A stretch of 64,000 nucleotides of DNA. It comes from a virus. Every line of letters begins with the position of its first letter. Position 1 is the first letter of the stretch. Below, one piece after another: positions 27,198 through 35,302 of the stretch. Where the stretch lies: IMG/VR virus record IMGVR_UViG_3300030514_000035, positions 51,027 through 115,026 of that record. One strand, given 5' to 3'. Under the pieces are notes generated by a model. It was given only the letters and a program-made list of their open reading frames with translations, did not search any database and was not told the DNA's origin. A program made the position numbers and the translations under genes.

Positions 27198-27899
27198 TTG
27201 AAGAAATTTATTATTGCTACTGCATTGGCTTCGATAACTTGCTGGAGTTATCCATTCTTTGCAAACCATAAAGCAGAAGCAGAAATCAGTATGTATAAAG
27301 AGCCTCCATTCGAGGCGTACAAAGTTGATCGTGGAGACACTTTCTACTTCATCGCTAAAAGGTATGGCTTAGATTATAAGAAACTAATGGAGTTAAATCC
27401 ATCAGTTAATCCACAAAATATGCAAGTTGGCTCAATCATTCGATTAAAACCAGCTTCAACTAGCAACACAGGAACTACATCTAATTCATCTTCTAATGCA
27501 GTATCTACAGGAAGCGTGACAATTAGTGCTTATGAGAAACAAGTTGGCGACCTTGTTAATCAGGAAAGAGCAAAAGCAGGATTAAAACCACTTAAGATAA
27601 ATGCAGAACTATCTCGTGTAGCGAGATTTAAATCTGCTGACATGCATGACAAACATTACTTTGACCATACGTCACCTACATATGGCGATCCATTTAAAAT
27701 GATGAAGTCATTTGGTATCAGCTATAACTCTGCAGGTGAAAACATTGCTTATGGACAGAAGACTCCTGCAGAAGTAATGAAAGCTTGGATGAATAGCAGT
27801 GGTCACAAAGCTAACATCCTAAACAGTAGCTATACAGAGATTGGTATTGGCTACGTTGCTGATGGTTCATATTGGACGCAACAGTTTATTGGTAAGTAA
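27198..27899 (+). CDS. secreted LysM + CAP (SCP/YkwD-like) protein
   Basis: Signal peptide; LysM YKVDRGDT..IAKRYG...L.ELNP; CAP VNQERAKAGL.PL...A..KS.DM...YFDH.SP..G...GENIA.G...WMNSSGHKANIL. Confidence 0.9.
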   Translation: MKKFIIATALASITCWSYPFFANHKAEAEISMYKEPPFEAYKVDRGDTFYFIAKRYGLDYKKLMELNPSVNPQNMQVGSIIRLKPASTSNTGTTSNSSSNAVSTGSVTISAYEKQVGDLVNQERAKAGLKPLKINAELSRVARFKSADMHDKHYFDHTSPTYGDPFKMMKSFGISYNSAGENIAYGQKTPAEVMKAWMNSSGHKANILNSSYTEIGIGYVADGSYWTQQFIGK

Positions 27900-27965
27900 T
27901 TAATTAACCATTGTTCTCTATATATTTAATGCATTTACAACAGACAAACACACAAAACACACATT

Positions 27966-27999
27966 AAGAACCATGACTAATAAAGGTCATGGTTTTCTT
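27966..27999 (+). terminator. intrinsic terminator
   Basis: aagaaccatgac-taataaag-gtcatggttttctt. Confidence 0.7.
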
Positions 28000-28190
28000 G
28001 TTAGTTGAGTAAATACTAGAGCATTAAATACGAAAATGTTTCATCACTTACATATGTTGTAGAATAATTATCTATTTGTCTACAACTTGTGTAACTGTAT
28101 ACACTAATGAAAGTATATTGCTATTTCAATATTTTCTTAAGTACACATAATACTTGTTTGAACGGTTATAATATGTATGGAGGTGTCAAT

Positions 28191-28253
28191 ATGACTAATG
28201 ACAGTAAGTCGAATAGGATTGATGGCGTTGAATTTGATGCAAAGAAAGAGTAG
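28191..28253 (+). CDS. 20-aa micro-ORF
   Basis: MTNDSKSNRIDGVEFDAKKE; strong ggaggtg RBS and an upstream TATAAT. Confidence 0.35.
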   Translation: MTNDSKSNRIDGVEFDAKKE

Positions 28254-28336
28254 GAATCTAACGAAGAATATGCTATAATATATAAGTATTATGTTTTTCT
28301 GATTACATTTGCAATCAGTTTACAACACGCATAGAG

Positions 28337-28376
28337 AAAAAAGGAAGTCAGTCTACCAAGCTGTCTTCCTTTTTTT
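28337..28376. terminator. bidirectional-type terminator
   Basis: aaaaaaggaag-tcag...ctgt-cttccttttttt. Confidence 0.65.
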
Positions 28377-28424
28377 ATGTTCTATATATTATATGGTATT
28401 ATATACTAGCGAGGAGGTGGATTA

Positions 28425-28655
28425 ATGGAACTTGAAATCGAGAGAAGGATTTCTAAGATAGGGAATTCTCTAGGAGTTACGCTTCCAGCAGAAGTAGCGA
28501 AAATTGCAGAAGTAGAAGCAGGGGAAACTGTCTATTTAACAGTTAATTCTATCTCAAAAGAGATAACAATAAGAAAGAGTCCTCAGAAAGAGGACTCTTT
28601 TAGAGAGATGGTAAAAGAGATAGTTGAGAATTATCTAAGGGAGAGAGACCTTTGA
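28425..28655 (+). CDS. AbrB/MazE/SpoVT-family DNA-binding protein
   Basis: RISKIGNSLGVTLP..VA.......GETV swapped-hairpin signature; gaggaggt RBS. Confidence 0.85.
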   Translation: MELEIERRISKIGNSLGVTLPAEVAKIAEVEAGETVYLTVNSISKEITIRKSPQKEDSFREMVKEIVENYLRERDL

Positions 28656-28660
28656 TAATA

Positions 28661-29344
28661 TCAGTCGATCACTCTTAGGTATACTGCGCCAGCAGGGTCA
28701 ATGTCGGCACGAATACGATAAGAGCCATTAAAGTAGTTTCCAGCCCCCGGAGCGTCTAAGCTATAATAACCATAGGCTTCTGTCGTAGCATAGTCACTAT
28801 TGTAGCCTGTGCTGTCGAGAGTTCTTGTTTTATTGCCCCACCATTTAGCATACGTTCCATTGAAGCCATCATACTTCCTTTGTACGTATACATATCTACC
28901 ACTGTGCTTGACATCTGTATACAACTTAACTTGGAAGTTGGCTACACCATAAAAATACGTTTTCTTTACGGTATACGTCTTATACCTTACAGCAGAAGCT
29001 GTCATGGTAGATTCAGCAGACACGCCTGACTTAGTGTTAACTTTGGGAGAGTTAGGCGTGTCGTATGCCTCTACTTCGTACTTAATCTTACTACCATCGT
29101 CAAATTTAATAACGATAGGCACATGTGGTTGAATACGCATTCTACCATTGCGGTCTAAATGTTTCTTCAACTCTTTTTGCTCAAGCGACTTGTTTAATGC
29201 TTGGGCTTTTTGTATTCCTTTAGGAACTGATTGTGATACTTGTGTACTTGCCTCAGAAGCGAAGGATTGTGTTGGAATCAAAGATGTAGCGCCTACTGCC
29301 AATATGATTGCAGAGGTTGCGATAGCCTTTTTAACTTTTTTCAT
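28661..29344 (-). CDS. secreted hypothetical protein
   Basis: Sec signal peptide MKKVKKAIATSAIILAVGATSLIPTQSFA; basic, Tyr-rich beta C-terminal domain; aaggagg RBS. Confidence 0.8.
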   Translation of the reverse strand: MKKVKKAIATSAIILAVGATSLIPTQSFASEASTQVSQSVPKGIQKAQALNKSLEQKELKKHLDRNGRMRIQPHVPIVIKFDDGSKIKYEVEAYDTPNSPKVNTKSGVSAESTMTASAVRYKTYTVKKTYFYGVANFQVKLYTDVKHSGRYVYVQRKYDGFNGTYAKWWGNKTRTLDSTGYNSDYATTEAYGYYSLDAPGAGNYFNGSYRIRADIDPAGAVYLRVID

Positions 29345-29487
29345 TCGAATCCTCCTTCGTGCTATTGAGTTCTATGTAATAACAATGTAATATTAAGTTA
29401 TTACAAGAATAAGTATATAACATTTGGCACATTTAGCCAATATATATTTCATGGTATAATAGACTCAAATTTAAAGGGGATGTTAGT

Positions 29488-29583
29488 GTGGATATAATTA
29501 CAAGCATAATTCCAATTTTTGTAGTCGCTATTGTGGTGATACTTGCTGTCATTTTCCTGTACAGGACGTTTATTAAGAAATAA
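29488..29583 (+). CDS. 31-aa single-TM peptide
   Basis: MDIITSIIPIFVVAIVVILAVIFLYRTFIKK; aagggga RBS; TGGTATAAT upstream. Confidence 0.6.
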   Translation: MDIITSIIPIFVVAIVVILAVIFLYRTFIKK

Positions 29584-29652
29584 AGGATTTTATACTAGTA
29601 ATAGAGAATAACTAAGTATGTAATAACATAATTTAACGTAGGAGGTATTTCA

Positions 29653-29751
29653 TTGGATTTCTTAATGAACATTACACCTTTAGTTGTTGTTTGGGGAAGC
29701 TTGGCTCTTTTGGTTAGATTTATTTACAAAGCATATGTTCAACGAACATAA
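29653..29751 (+). CDS. 32-aa single-TM peptide
   Basis: MDFLMNITPLVVVWGSLALLVRFIYKAYVQRT; aggaggt RBS, TTG start. Confidence 0.6.
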   Translation: MDFLMNITPLVVVWGSLALLVRFIYKAYVQRT

Positions 29752-29821
29752 TTTGTGGTACAATATATGTAAATTGTCACACCCTTGACAATTGCTTATA
29801 TGAGAATAAGATAATGGCATG

Positions 29822-29856
29822 GAGAAAAGTCGATAGCTGAACATATCGACTTTTTC
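29822..29856. terminator. bidirectional-type terminator
   Basis: gaaaagtcgata-gctgaaca-tatcgactttttc. Confidence 0.7.
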
Positions 29857-30104
29857 TCTTTTTTTTCTGTCTCACTTTCTTAAGTCAACTCTTTATTTTG
29901 ATATATCTAAAAGAGTTCCGAGAATATATGTTATGTAAACTAGAAAAGGAAAGTATGGATAAATTATGTACCACTCTCTGCATTTTACATGCATCTCATA
30001 TACATCTTTTATTGATTTGCGTAACTACCTCTGTTACAATTAAGATACTCTATGTTATCGCTTTAATCAGCATAACGAATCTTTATAATCTTTCTCCTTT
30101 AAGA

Positions 30105-30144
30105 AAGAAAGGGACTAGTTGCGTAGACTAGTCCTTATTTTTTT
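30105..30144. terminator. terminator at the end of the leftward tail/lysis operon
   Basis: ggactagt-tgcgtag-actagtcc flanked by A/T tracts on both sides. Confidence 0.7.
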
Positions 30145-30172
30145 GCTTATCGTGTCGGAAATTTTTAGAGGT

Positions 30173-30670
30173 CTATTTCGTGGATACATACTTTACCAAG
30201 TCGTAGAGTTCGTTTGGAGTAAGGTCAATTCCACGATCAATACTTTCTTTAATTCCCAAGTCTTTAAGTGCGCCAATTTCATCTAATACAAGAAATACAA
30301 GTTCTGAGCATATCATATGATTAGGATTGTTAAACTTGTTTCTTCCTTTTAGATGAAATACCTTTCGCAGTACATACCATAATATCTGAGTATAATCATA
30401 TCTCTTACCAATATACTTCATAGATGCATTGTAGATGTTTCTTCTCTGCTCAGGTTTTAACCCCAAATCAATAACTTCTATTATATTACACTTATCTTTC
30501 TCTATAGGTCTTACAGCAACTTTTGTATCATAATTAGCCTCTATTACTCTTGAATCTGAAACTGCTATGGCACAATGACTGAAAGTACCACGGTCAAAAT
30601 ATCTAACAAAACTGGATATAATCCCTTTGCCTTGAACAAATACAATGTCCCCTCTTCTCACGATACTCAC
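30173..30670 (-). CDS. permuted papain-like amidase (YiiX/YaeF, NlpC/P60 superfamily)
   Basis: RRGDIVF, FSHCAI, GKRYDY, MICSELV (His before Cys, permuted order). Confidence 0.85.
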   Translation of the reverse strand: MSIVRRGDIVFVQGKGIISSFVRYFDRGTFSHCAIAVSDSRVIEANYDTKVAVRPIEKDKCNIIEVIDLGLKPEQRRNIYNASMKYIGKRYDYTQILWYVLRKVFHLKGRNKFNNPNHMICSELVFLVLDEIGALKDLGIKESIDRGIDLTPNELYDLVKYVSTK

Positions 30671-30683
30671 CTTCTTATAATTA

Positions 30684-30705
30684 AAGGAGAGGTTTCCCTC
30701 TCCTT
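30684..30705. terminator. stem-loop between endolysin and amidase
   Basis: aaggagagg-tttc-cctctcctt. Confidence 0.5.
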
Positions 30706-30724
30706 GTTAATACTTTTTCTTTAA

Positions 30725-31726
30725 TTAAACGATTGTCATGTAAGATTTAGAAGCGTACTCAGCGCCAACCTTGAACATGCCATTCGAAGTCTCACCATAA
30801 ATCTTCCAGCTAGTTCCTGCAGGAAGTACTTGACCACGAGAAGCTTCATCGAAGTCAGGAGTTTTATGAGTCCAAACATCGCCAGTAGTTTTGGCTACTT
30901 GATTAATAGTTGTCATGTACTTTTCAGATACATAACCTCCACCGATCGCAATCATGCCGTTAACTGTTCCATAATTCTTGAAGATTTCACCAGCTTTAAG
31001 AACACGAACACGACTAGATTCATTGAAATCAGGCGTAGAATGCATCCATACATCGCCAGTTACTTGAACGTATGGGTAAACTTTAACGTCACCAACAACT
31101 GATACATCAGCAACAATGTTTTGTTCAATTCCAGTGAAGTACTCAAGTGGCTTTTCACCATTCAACACGTTTAGGTCAACAGCGCCAGCTACACCAGCAA
31201 GTTTACCATTTTGAGTGAATTGCCATAGGTCACAAGCATAGTCAGGTTTAACAGTGTGAAGCGTTCCATCATCATTTAGTCGATATCTTGGAATCCACAC
31301 GAAGTCAGCTTTTACTGCGCCCATACCATAAGTTTTATAGAATGAGTTACCAGTGTATAAACCTACTTTAGCTACTCCATTTTGGTGAAGATAATCGATG
31401 AATGCTTGAGTTGCAGGAATAAGGTCTGCTTGATTGTAAGTGGTCATTTCCTCTACATCAACAACCAAGAACTTAGAGTTTGCGCCCTTACGTGCTAAGA
31501 AATCTTTAGCTTCTTGGATCGCATCATTTACTGAAACGAAACGTGCGTAGGCATAATTTCCATAAGGAATTCCGTTAGCGTCACATCCAGCTTCGTACTC
31601 TTTGTGCTTTGAATCTTCTTTTCCTGAACCATATTGAGTTCGAATAATTGCTAAATCCAATTCTGTTTTAGCCTTTGAGAAATCAATTGTTCCTTGGTAA
31701 TAAGATAAGTCTGCGATTTTTCCCAC
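30725..31726 (-). CDS. endolysin, GH25 muramidase with two C-terminal cell-wall-binding repeats
   Basis: DLSYYQG, AIIR..YG...D, VVDVEE, LWQFT, VDLN; repeats TGDVWMHSTPDF / TGDVWTHKTPDF. Confidence 0.9.
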   Translation of the reverse strand: MGKIADLSYYQGTIDFSKAKTELDLAIIRTQYGSGKEDSKHKEYEAGCDANGIPYGNYAYARFVSVNDAIQEAKDFLARKGANSKFLVVDVEEMTTYNQADLIPATQAFIDYLHQNGVAKVGLYTGNSFYKTYGMGAVKADFVWIPRYRLNDDGTLHTVKPDYACDLWQFTQNGKLAGVAGAVDLNVLNGEKPLEYFTGIEQNIVADVSVVGDVKVYPYVQVTGDVWMHSTPDFNESSRVRVLKAGEIFKNYGTVNGMIAIGGGYVSEKYMTTINQVAKTTGDVWTHKTPDFDEASRGQVLPAGTSWKIYGETSNGMFKVGAEYASKSYMTIV

Positions 31727-31752
31727 TATACAACATCTCCTAGTTTTTATTG

Positions 31753-31779
31753 GTGGAGAGAAAGTCTCATTCTCTCCAC
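31753..31779. terminator. stem-loop upstream of the endolysin
   Basis: gtggagagaa-agtctca-ttctctccac. Confidence 0.5.
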
Positions 31780-31783
31780 TCTA

Positions 31784-32416
31784 TTATTTTGAATAAGTTA
31801 TCTTTAACTTTGGTTTACTAGAGCCATCTGCGACTCCATAAAAGTAACCATAGTAACTTAGATTAGTAGTATTTGCGAATAAGCTAATACCCTTGTAATC
31901 TCCATCACGAATGCCTTCACCGAACGACTTAGGCATCTGAATCCACTTAGCTTGTCCTCTAGAACTAAACTCTTCTGTTACAGCACCATACTTAGAATAA
32001 CTAAACATTGAAGGCTCAGAAGCATGGTTGTGATAACCAATAACTGCCTTCCCTCCTGCATAGTAATACCAGTGTTGGTTCTTAAGATAAAGTTCAACGT
32101 CTAGAATCTTAGCACCAGCCAGTTCAGATTTGATATCTCCAAATCCACATAGAGAACGTTGAATTCCCCATGGCTCTTGAACATACTCACCTTGACATAG
32201 CTTTCCAGCCTTCCAATCACTTCTCTTTTCGTTTGTATCACGATAAGACTGCGTCCAAGTAGCTTCGAATGTTTTGGTGTAGGTTTGAGAGGTCATGTTA
32301 ACCCACTCTCCATCTTGATACTTATAAGCATCAACATCTACCCATTGACCATCCTTATATACTTTTGGATTGATTGAAACTGGCTCACCATCAACGAACT
32401 TATTTATCAGTCCCAC
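31784..32416 (-). CDS. minor tail / fibre-associated protein
   Basis: ORF 31784..32425; GTG 32416 fits the gaggtg RBS; lies in the tail module. Confidence 0.65.
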   Translation of the reverse strand: MGLINKFVDGEPVSINPKVYKDGQWVDVDAYKYQDGEWVNMTSQTYTKTFEATWTQSYRDTNEKRSDWKAGKLCQGEYVQEPWGIQRSLCGFGDIKSELAGAKILDVELYLKNQHWYYYAGGKAVIGYHNHASEPSMFSYSKYGAVTEEFSSRGQAKWIQMPKSFGEGIRDGDYKGISLFANTTNLSYYGYFYGVADGSSKPKLKITYSK

Positions 32417-32451
32417 ATATATCACCTCACATTGTCAATACTTTTGCTCAA

Positions 32452-33810
32452 TTAAATATCGAACCAAATATCGCCATTCTCAGGATTTGGTGGAGCGACT
32501 GACTGAACAGTAACCTTTTTACCATTAATCTTAATAGCTTTTACAAATTCAACTTCACCACTTGCTCTATCAACGTTCATAACTCGTTGACCACTCTTCC
32601 AATCATGCATTCCAAATTGACCACTAGTGTTCATGAAGAATCCAATTCCATTGTCTCCATCTTTAACAAAGCGCTTGTGAACTTCTCTACTAGTTGCATC
32701 ATGATGATGACTGTATACTGATTCTAAGATACCATCGGATTTAAAAGTATGACCTGTTACAGTTCCACCTGTCATAGTTAAATCTCCATTTGCGGTAGCT
32801 GTAATCTTAGCCTTTTGAGTGTCATCTCCTGCTCTGAAGAATAGATTCCCTGCTTGAGAACTTCCACTGCTTGCTTTTATTACAATAGACTTACTATTCT
32901 CAACGAATTGGTCTCCTTTAAAGTGGTTGTTATACTCATCTTGCCTTGCAAACGCTCCACTATCTAAACCATCTAGTTTATCAGCGTCCAATCCACTCCC
33001 AGCGCCCATGTTTCCTGCATGGAATACTTTATAAGAAGTTGTTCCATTAGAAACCTTCAGGTCTCCTGCACTTGCTTGAATAACAGCTTTTGCACCAACA
33101 TCACCTAGTACTACTTGGTTAGAACCATCTACTTTACCAACATTTAAGTCAGCACCACTAGTATTCTTTCCAGCATATGAAGTATTGTTTTTCATTGAAG
33201 TCTTGCCAGTTAGCGATCCTCCAGTAAGCTGTAAGTATCTACTATCATGGTTATGATTTGTAGAATCTGCATCTAATGAAGCGATGTCAGCTTGAATTTG
33301 CACAATTGCACTTGAAGCGCTATTTACCTCTGATTGAACCTCGTTAATACTATTGACGATGCTAGTCTTGTTGCTTGTAGTTAGTGAAGTTAAGCTACCT
33401 ACAATTGTCTGTAAGTTTGCAATACTATCACTAGTAGCTTTACCTGTAGCAATCCAAGAACCAGCAGTTCCATTATAGATTGGTCTAGTGTAAGTGTTAT
33501 TGTTTTGGCGGTCATAAAATACCTGTTTAACAATCATTCCTGTTGTCTCTACAGACATTAGATAAGCTGTACCTGATGCCATTGTAATTGGAGCATCTGT
33601 ACAATCCTTAACCATATATAATCCTGTAGTATTAACAGTGCTTAATGCAACTCCTGTTACCGACTTCCCTGTGAGCAATAACTCTTCAAGGTTAGATGTA
33701 ACATTGCCATTTGCATCTAATACCTTAACTTGACTCGGCTGAGTCTCTAAATGATACGTGTCAAAACCTGTACCATTATGAAAATTATATTTACCTTTTT
33801 TAACTGTCAA
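32452..33810 (-). CDS. tail fibre / receptor-binding-like protein
   Basis: Knob-like TTGLY...AYLMSV...VKQVF...W, TSNKTSIVNSINEV, HNHDSRYL, GSGLDADKLDG motifs typical of fibres. Confidence 0.7.
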   Translation of the reverse strand: MTVKKGKYNFHNGTGFDTYHLETQPSQVKVLDANGNVTSNLEELLLTGKSVTGVALSTVNTTGLYMVKDCTDAPITMASGTAYLMSVETTGMIVKQVFYDRQNNNTYTRPIYNGTAGSWIATGKATSDSIANLQTIVGSLTSLTTSNKTSIVNSINEVQSEVNSASSAIVQIQADIASLDADSTNHNHDSRYLQLTGGSLTGKTSMKNNTSYAGKNTSGADLNVGKVDGSNQVVLGDVGAKAVIQASAGDLKVSNGTTSYKVFHAGNMGAGSGLDADKLDGLDSGAFARQDEYNNHFKGDQFVENSKSIVIKASSGSSQAGNLFFRAGDDTQKAKITATANGDLTMTGGTVTGHTFKSDGILESVYSHHHDATSREVHKRFVKDGDNGIGFFMNTSGQFGMHDWKSGQRVMNVDRASGEVEFVKAIKINGKKVTVQSVAPPNPENGDIWFDI

Positions 33811-33827
33811 GGTTTAAAGTCTCCCTT

Positions 33828-34214
33828 CTATTCCATTTCAAATACGATATCGATTGCCATCCCCAAATCTTCATCCCATAACTGTTCAACTGAACTTACG
33901 ATTCTATCTTCAACTGGATCATAGATATGAAACATATCCTTATTTATAGACGATATAACACCCTGAATAATCTTTCGAAGATTTCCATTAGTAATATCTT
34001 GGACAATTACGATATCATCTTTGCCAATGAAGGAAGCTAGGTTGTGAGGTATAATACATTCAGATTCACTACCTAGAACCTCAACAATAGCTTTTAAGCC
34101 ATCTGTACTTCTTACAATTCCAGTGTATGATTTAGTAAAGTTTACATTATCAAGTTTAGCCCCTGCAATTGTCTGTATAGCTTCTATTAAACTACTCTGA
34201 ATTTCCTTGCTCAC
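33828..34214 (-). CDS. baseplate-associated small OB-like protein (paralog 1)
   Basis: Similar to the neighbour: LIE.I..., GIV...G, V.VLG.E..C, GDIV(I/V)VQD. Confidence 0.65.
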   Translation of the reverse strand: MSKEIQSSLIEAIQTIAGAKLDNVNFTKSYTGIVRSTDGLKAIVEVLGSESECIIPHNLASFIGKDDIVIVQDITNGNLRKIIQGVISSINKDMFHIYDPVEDRIVSSVEQLWDEDLGMAIDIVFEME

Positions 34215-34486
34215 GTAGTCTCACCTAGCTTATTCACGATAAACTTATTGATATTATTGTTATAAAGGTCTTGTATCACAACAATATCTCCAACCTTGAT
34301 AAAAGTGTGAAGATGCTCAGCCATCGTACACTTAGTTTCACTTCCAAGAAATTCAACTGTACACTCAAAGCCATTAATCTCTTTTACTAGCCCAATGTTA
34401 GATGATGTGTAAGGTGTCTTTTTGATAGCTTCATCTACTAAAATCTCAATTGTTTCTATTAGCTTTCTCTGTAGTTCAGCACTCAT
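34211..34486 (-). CDS. baseplate-associated small OB-like protein (paralog 2)
   Basis: See paralog 1; overlapping stop/start. Confidence 0.65.
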   Translation of the reverse strand: MSAELQRKLIETIEILVDEAIKKTPYTSSNIGLVKEINGFECTVEFLGSETKCTMAEHLHTFIKVGDIVVIQDLYNNNINKFIVNKLGETT

Positions 34487-34496
34487 CTTTTGTCAC

Positions 34497-35192
34497 CTAT
34501 ACTTCTTGAATCCAAGTTACGCCTTGTTGTGCATTTGATGGAGCAGTTGAGCCGACATATGTCTTATCAAATAACATCCATTTAGTTGCATCTGTAGGCG
34601 CTTGTCCTGCAGTAGTTGCGACTTTAGCATAGTAGATGCTACCATTATAAGTTACTGCATCCCCTAATGCGTAAGCTTTTGTTGCGTCATAATTTCCCTT
34701 ATAAGCCAATCCTAGCCCAACGTCACCCTTGTCTCCTTTGACAGATATCTTCTGCCAGTTAGCTGTGTTTGTAGGAGTTACACCTTTTGCATCTTTTGTG
34801 CATAGGTAAAGGTCTCCATTATAAGTAACCATGTTTTGGAACTTATATTGAGTAGTAGCATTGTATACTCCTGCAAGTTTAAATGCATTAACATATGAAG
34901 CCCATTCTAATTGTTTTGTGTCAATGTAACCATCAACATTATTAAGAAAGAATGTCTCTACATTAGTAATTGCATCATTCATCTTGTTAAACACTTCAGG
35001 AGAGATAATGTAGCCATCTAATTGAGTAGTTATACTATTCAATTCTGATTGTTCACTTGCTGTTAATGTAGGCTGAATTTTTAATTCCTGATATCTCTTA
35101 GCCTTTGCTACCAAACTTGGTGGCAGGTCAAAGAGTTCAGTGAATGTGTCCACGCTTTGTGGAAATGTACTTCTATTCGCCAAATTGTTCAT
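34497..35192 (-). CDS. tail protein with two CBM5/12-like repeats
   Basis: YNATTQY...MVTYNG.LY...PTNTANWQ and YDATKAY.LGDAVTYNG..Y...PTDATKW. Confidence 0.7.
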   Translation of the reverse strand: MNNLANRSTFPQSVDTFTELFDLPPSLVAKAKRYQELKIQPTLTASEQSELNSITTQLDGYIISPEVFNKMNDAITNVETFFLNNVDGYIDTKQLEWASYVNAFKLAGVYNATTQYKFQNMVTYNGDLYLCTKDAKGVTPTNTANWQKISVKGDKGDVGLGLAYKGNYDATKAYALGDAVTYNGSIYYAKVATTAGQAPTDATKWMLFDKTYVGSTAPSNAQQGVTWIQEV

Positions 35193-35248
35193 CCTTCCTT
35201 ACCATCAATACTTTTGGTTAGTGCTACAATTAATTAACTCTATAACCA

Positions 35249-35277
35249 ATTATAGCACCGCACCAAGTTGATGTCAA
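35249..35277 (-). promoter_or_regulatory. consensus sigmaA promoter inside the tail module
   Basis: Minus strand TTGACA-17-TATAAT with TG. Confidence 0.8.
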
Positions 35278-35302
35278 CTGTTTTAATAATTTTGTTTAAA
35301 GA

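Noticed and set aside
28191-28377. Arbitrium aimP/aimX
   Set aside because: The 20-aa peptide lacks a signal peptide, and no AimR-like TPR protein is in the window.
29898-30131. 77-aa plus-strand ORF in the track
   Set aside because: No RBS, runs into a terminator hairpin and has no recognisable motif; treated as non-coding.
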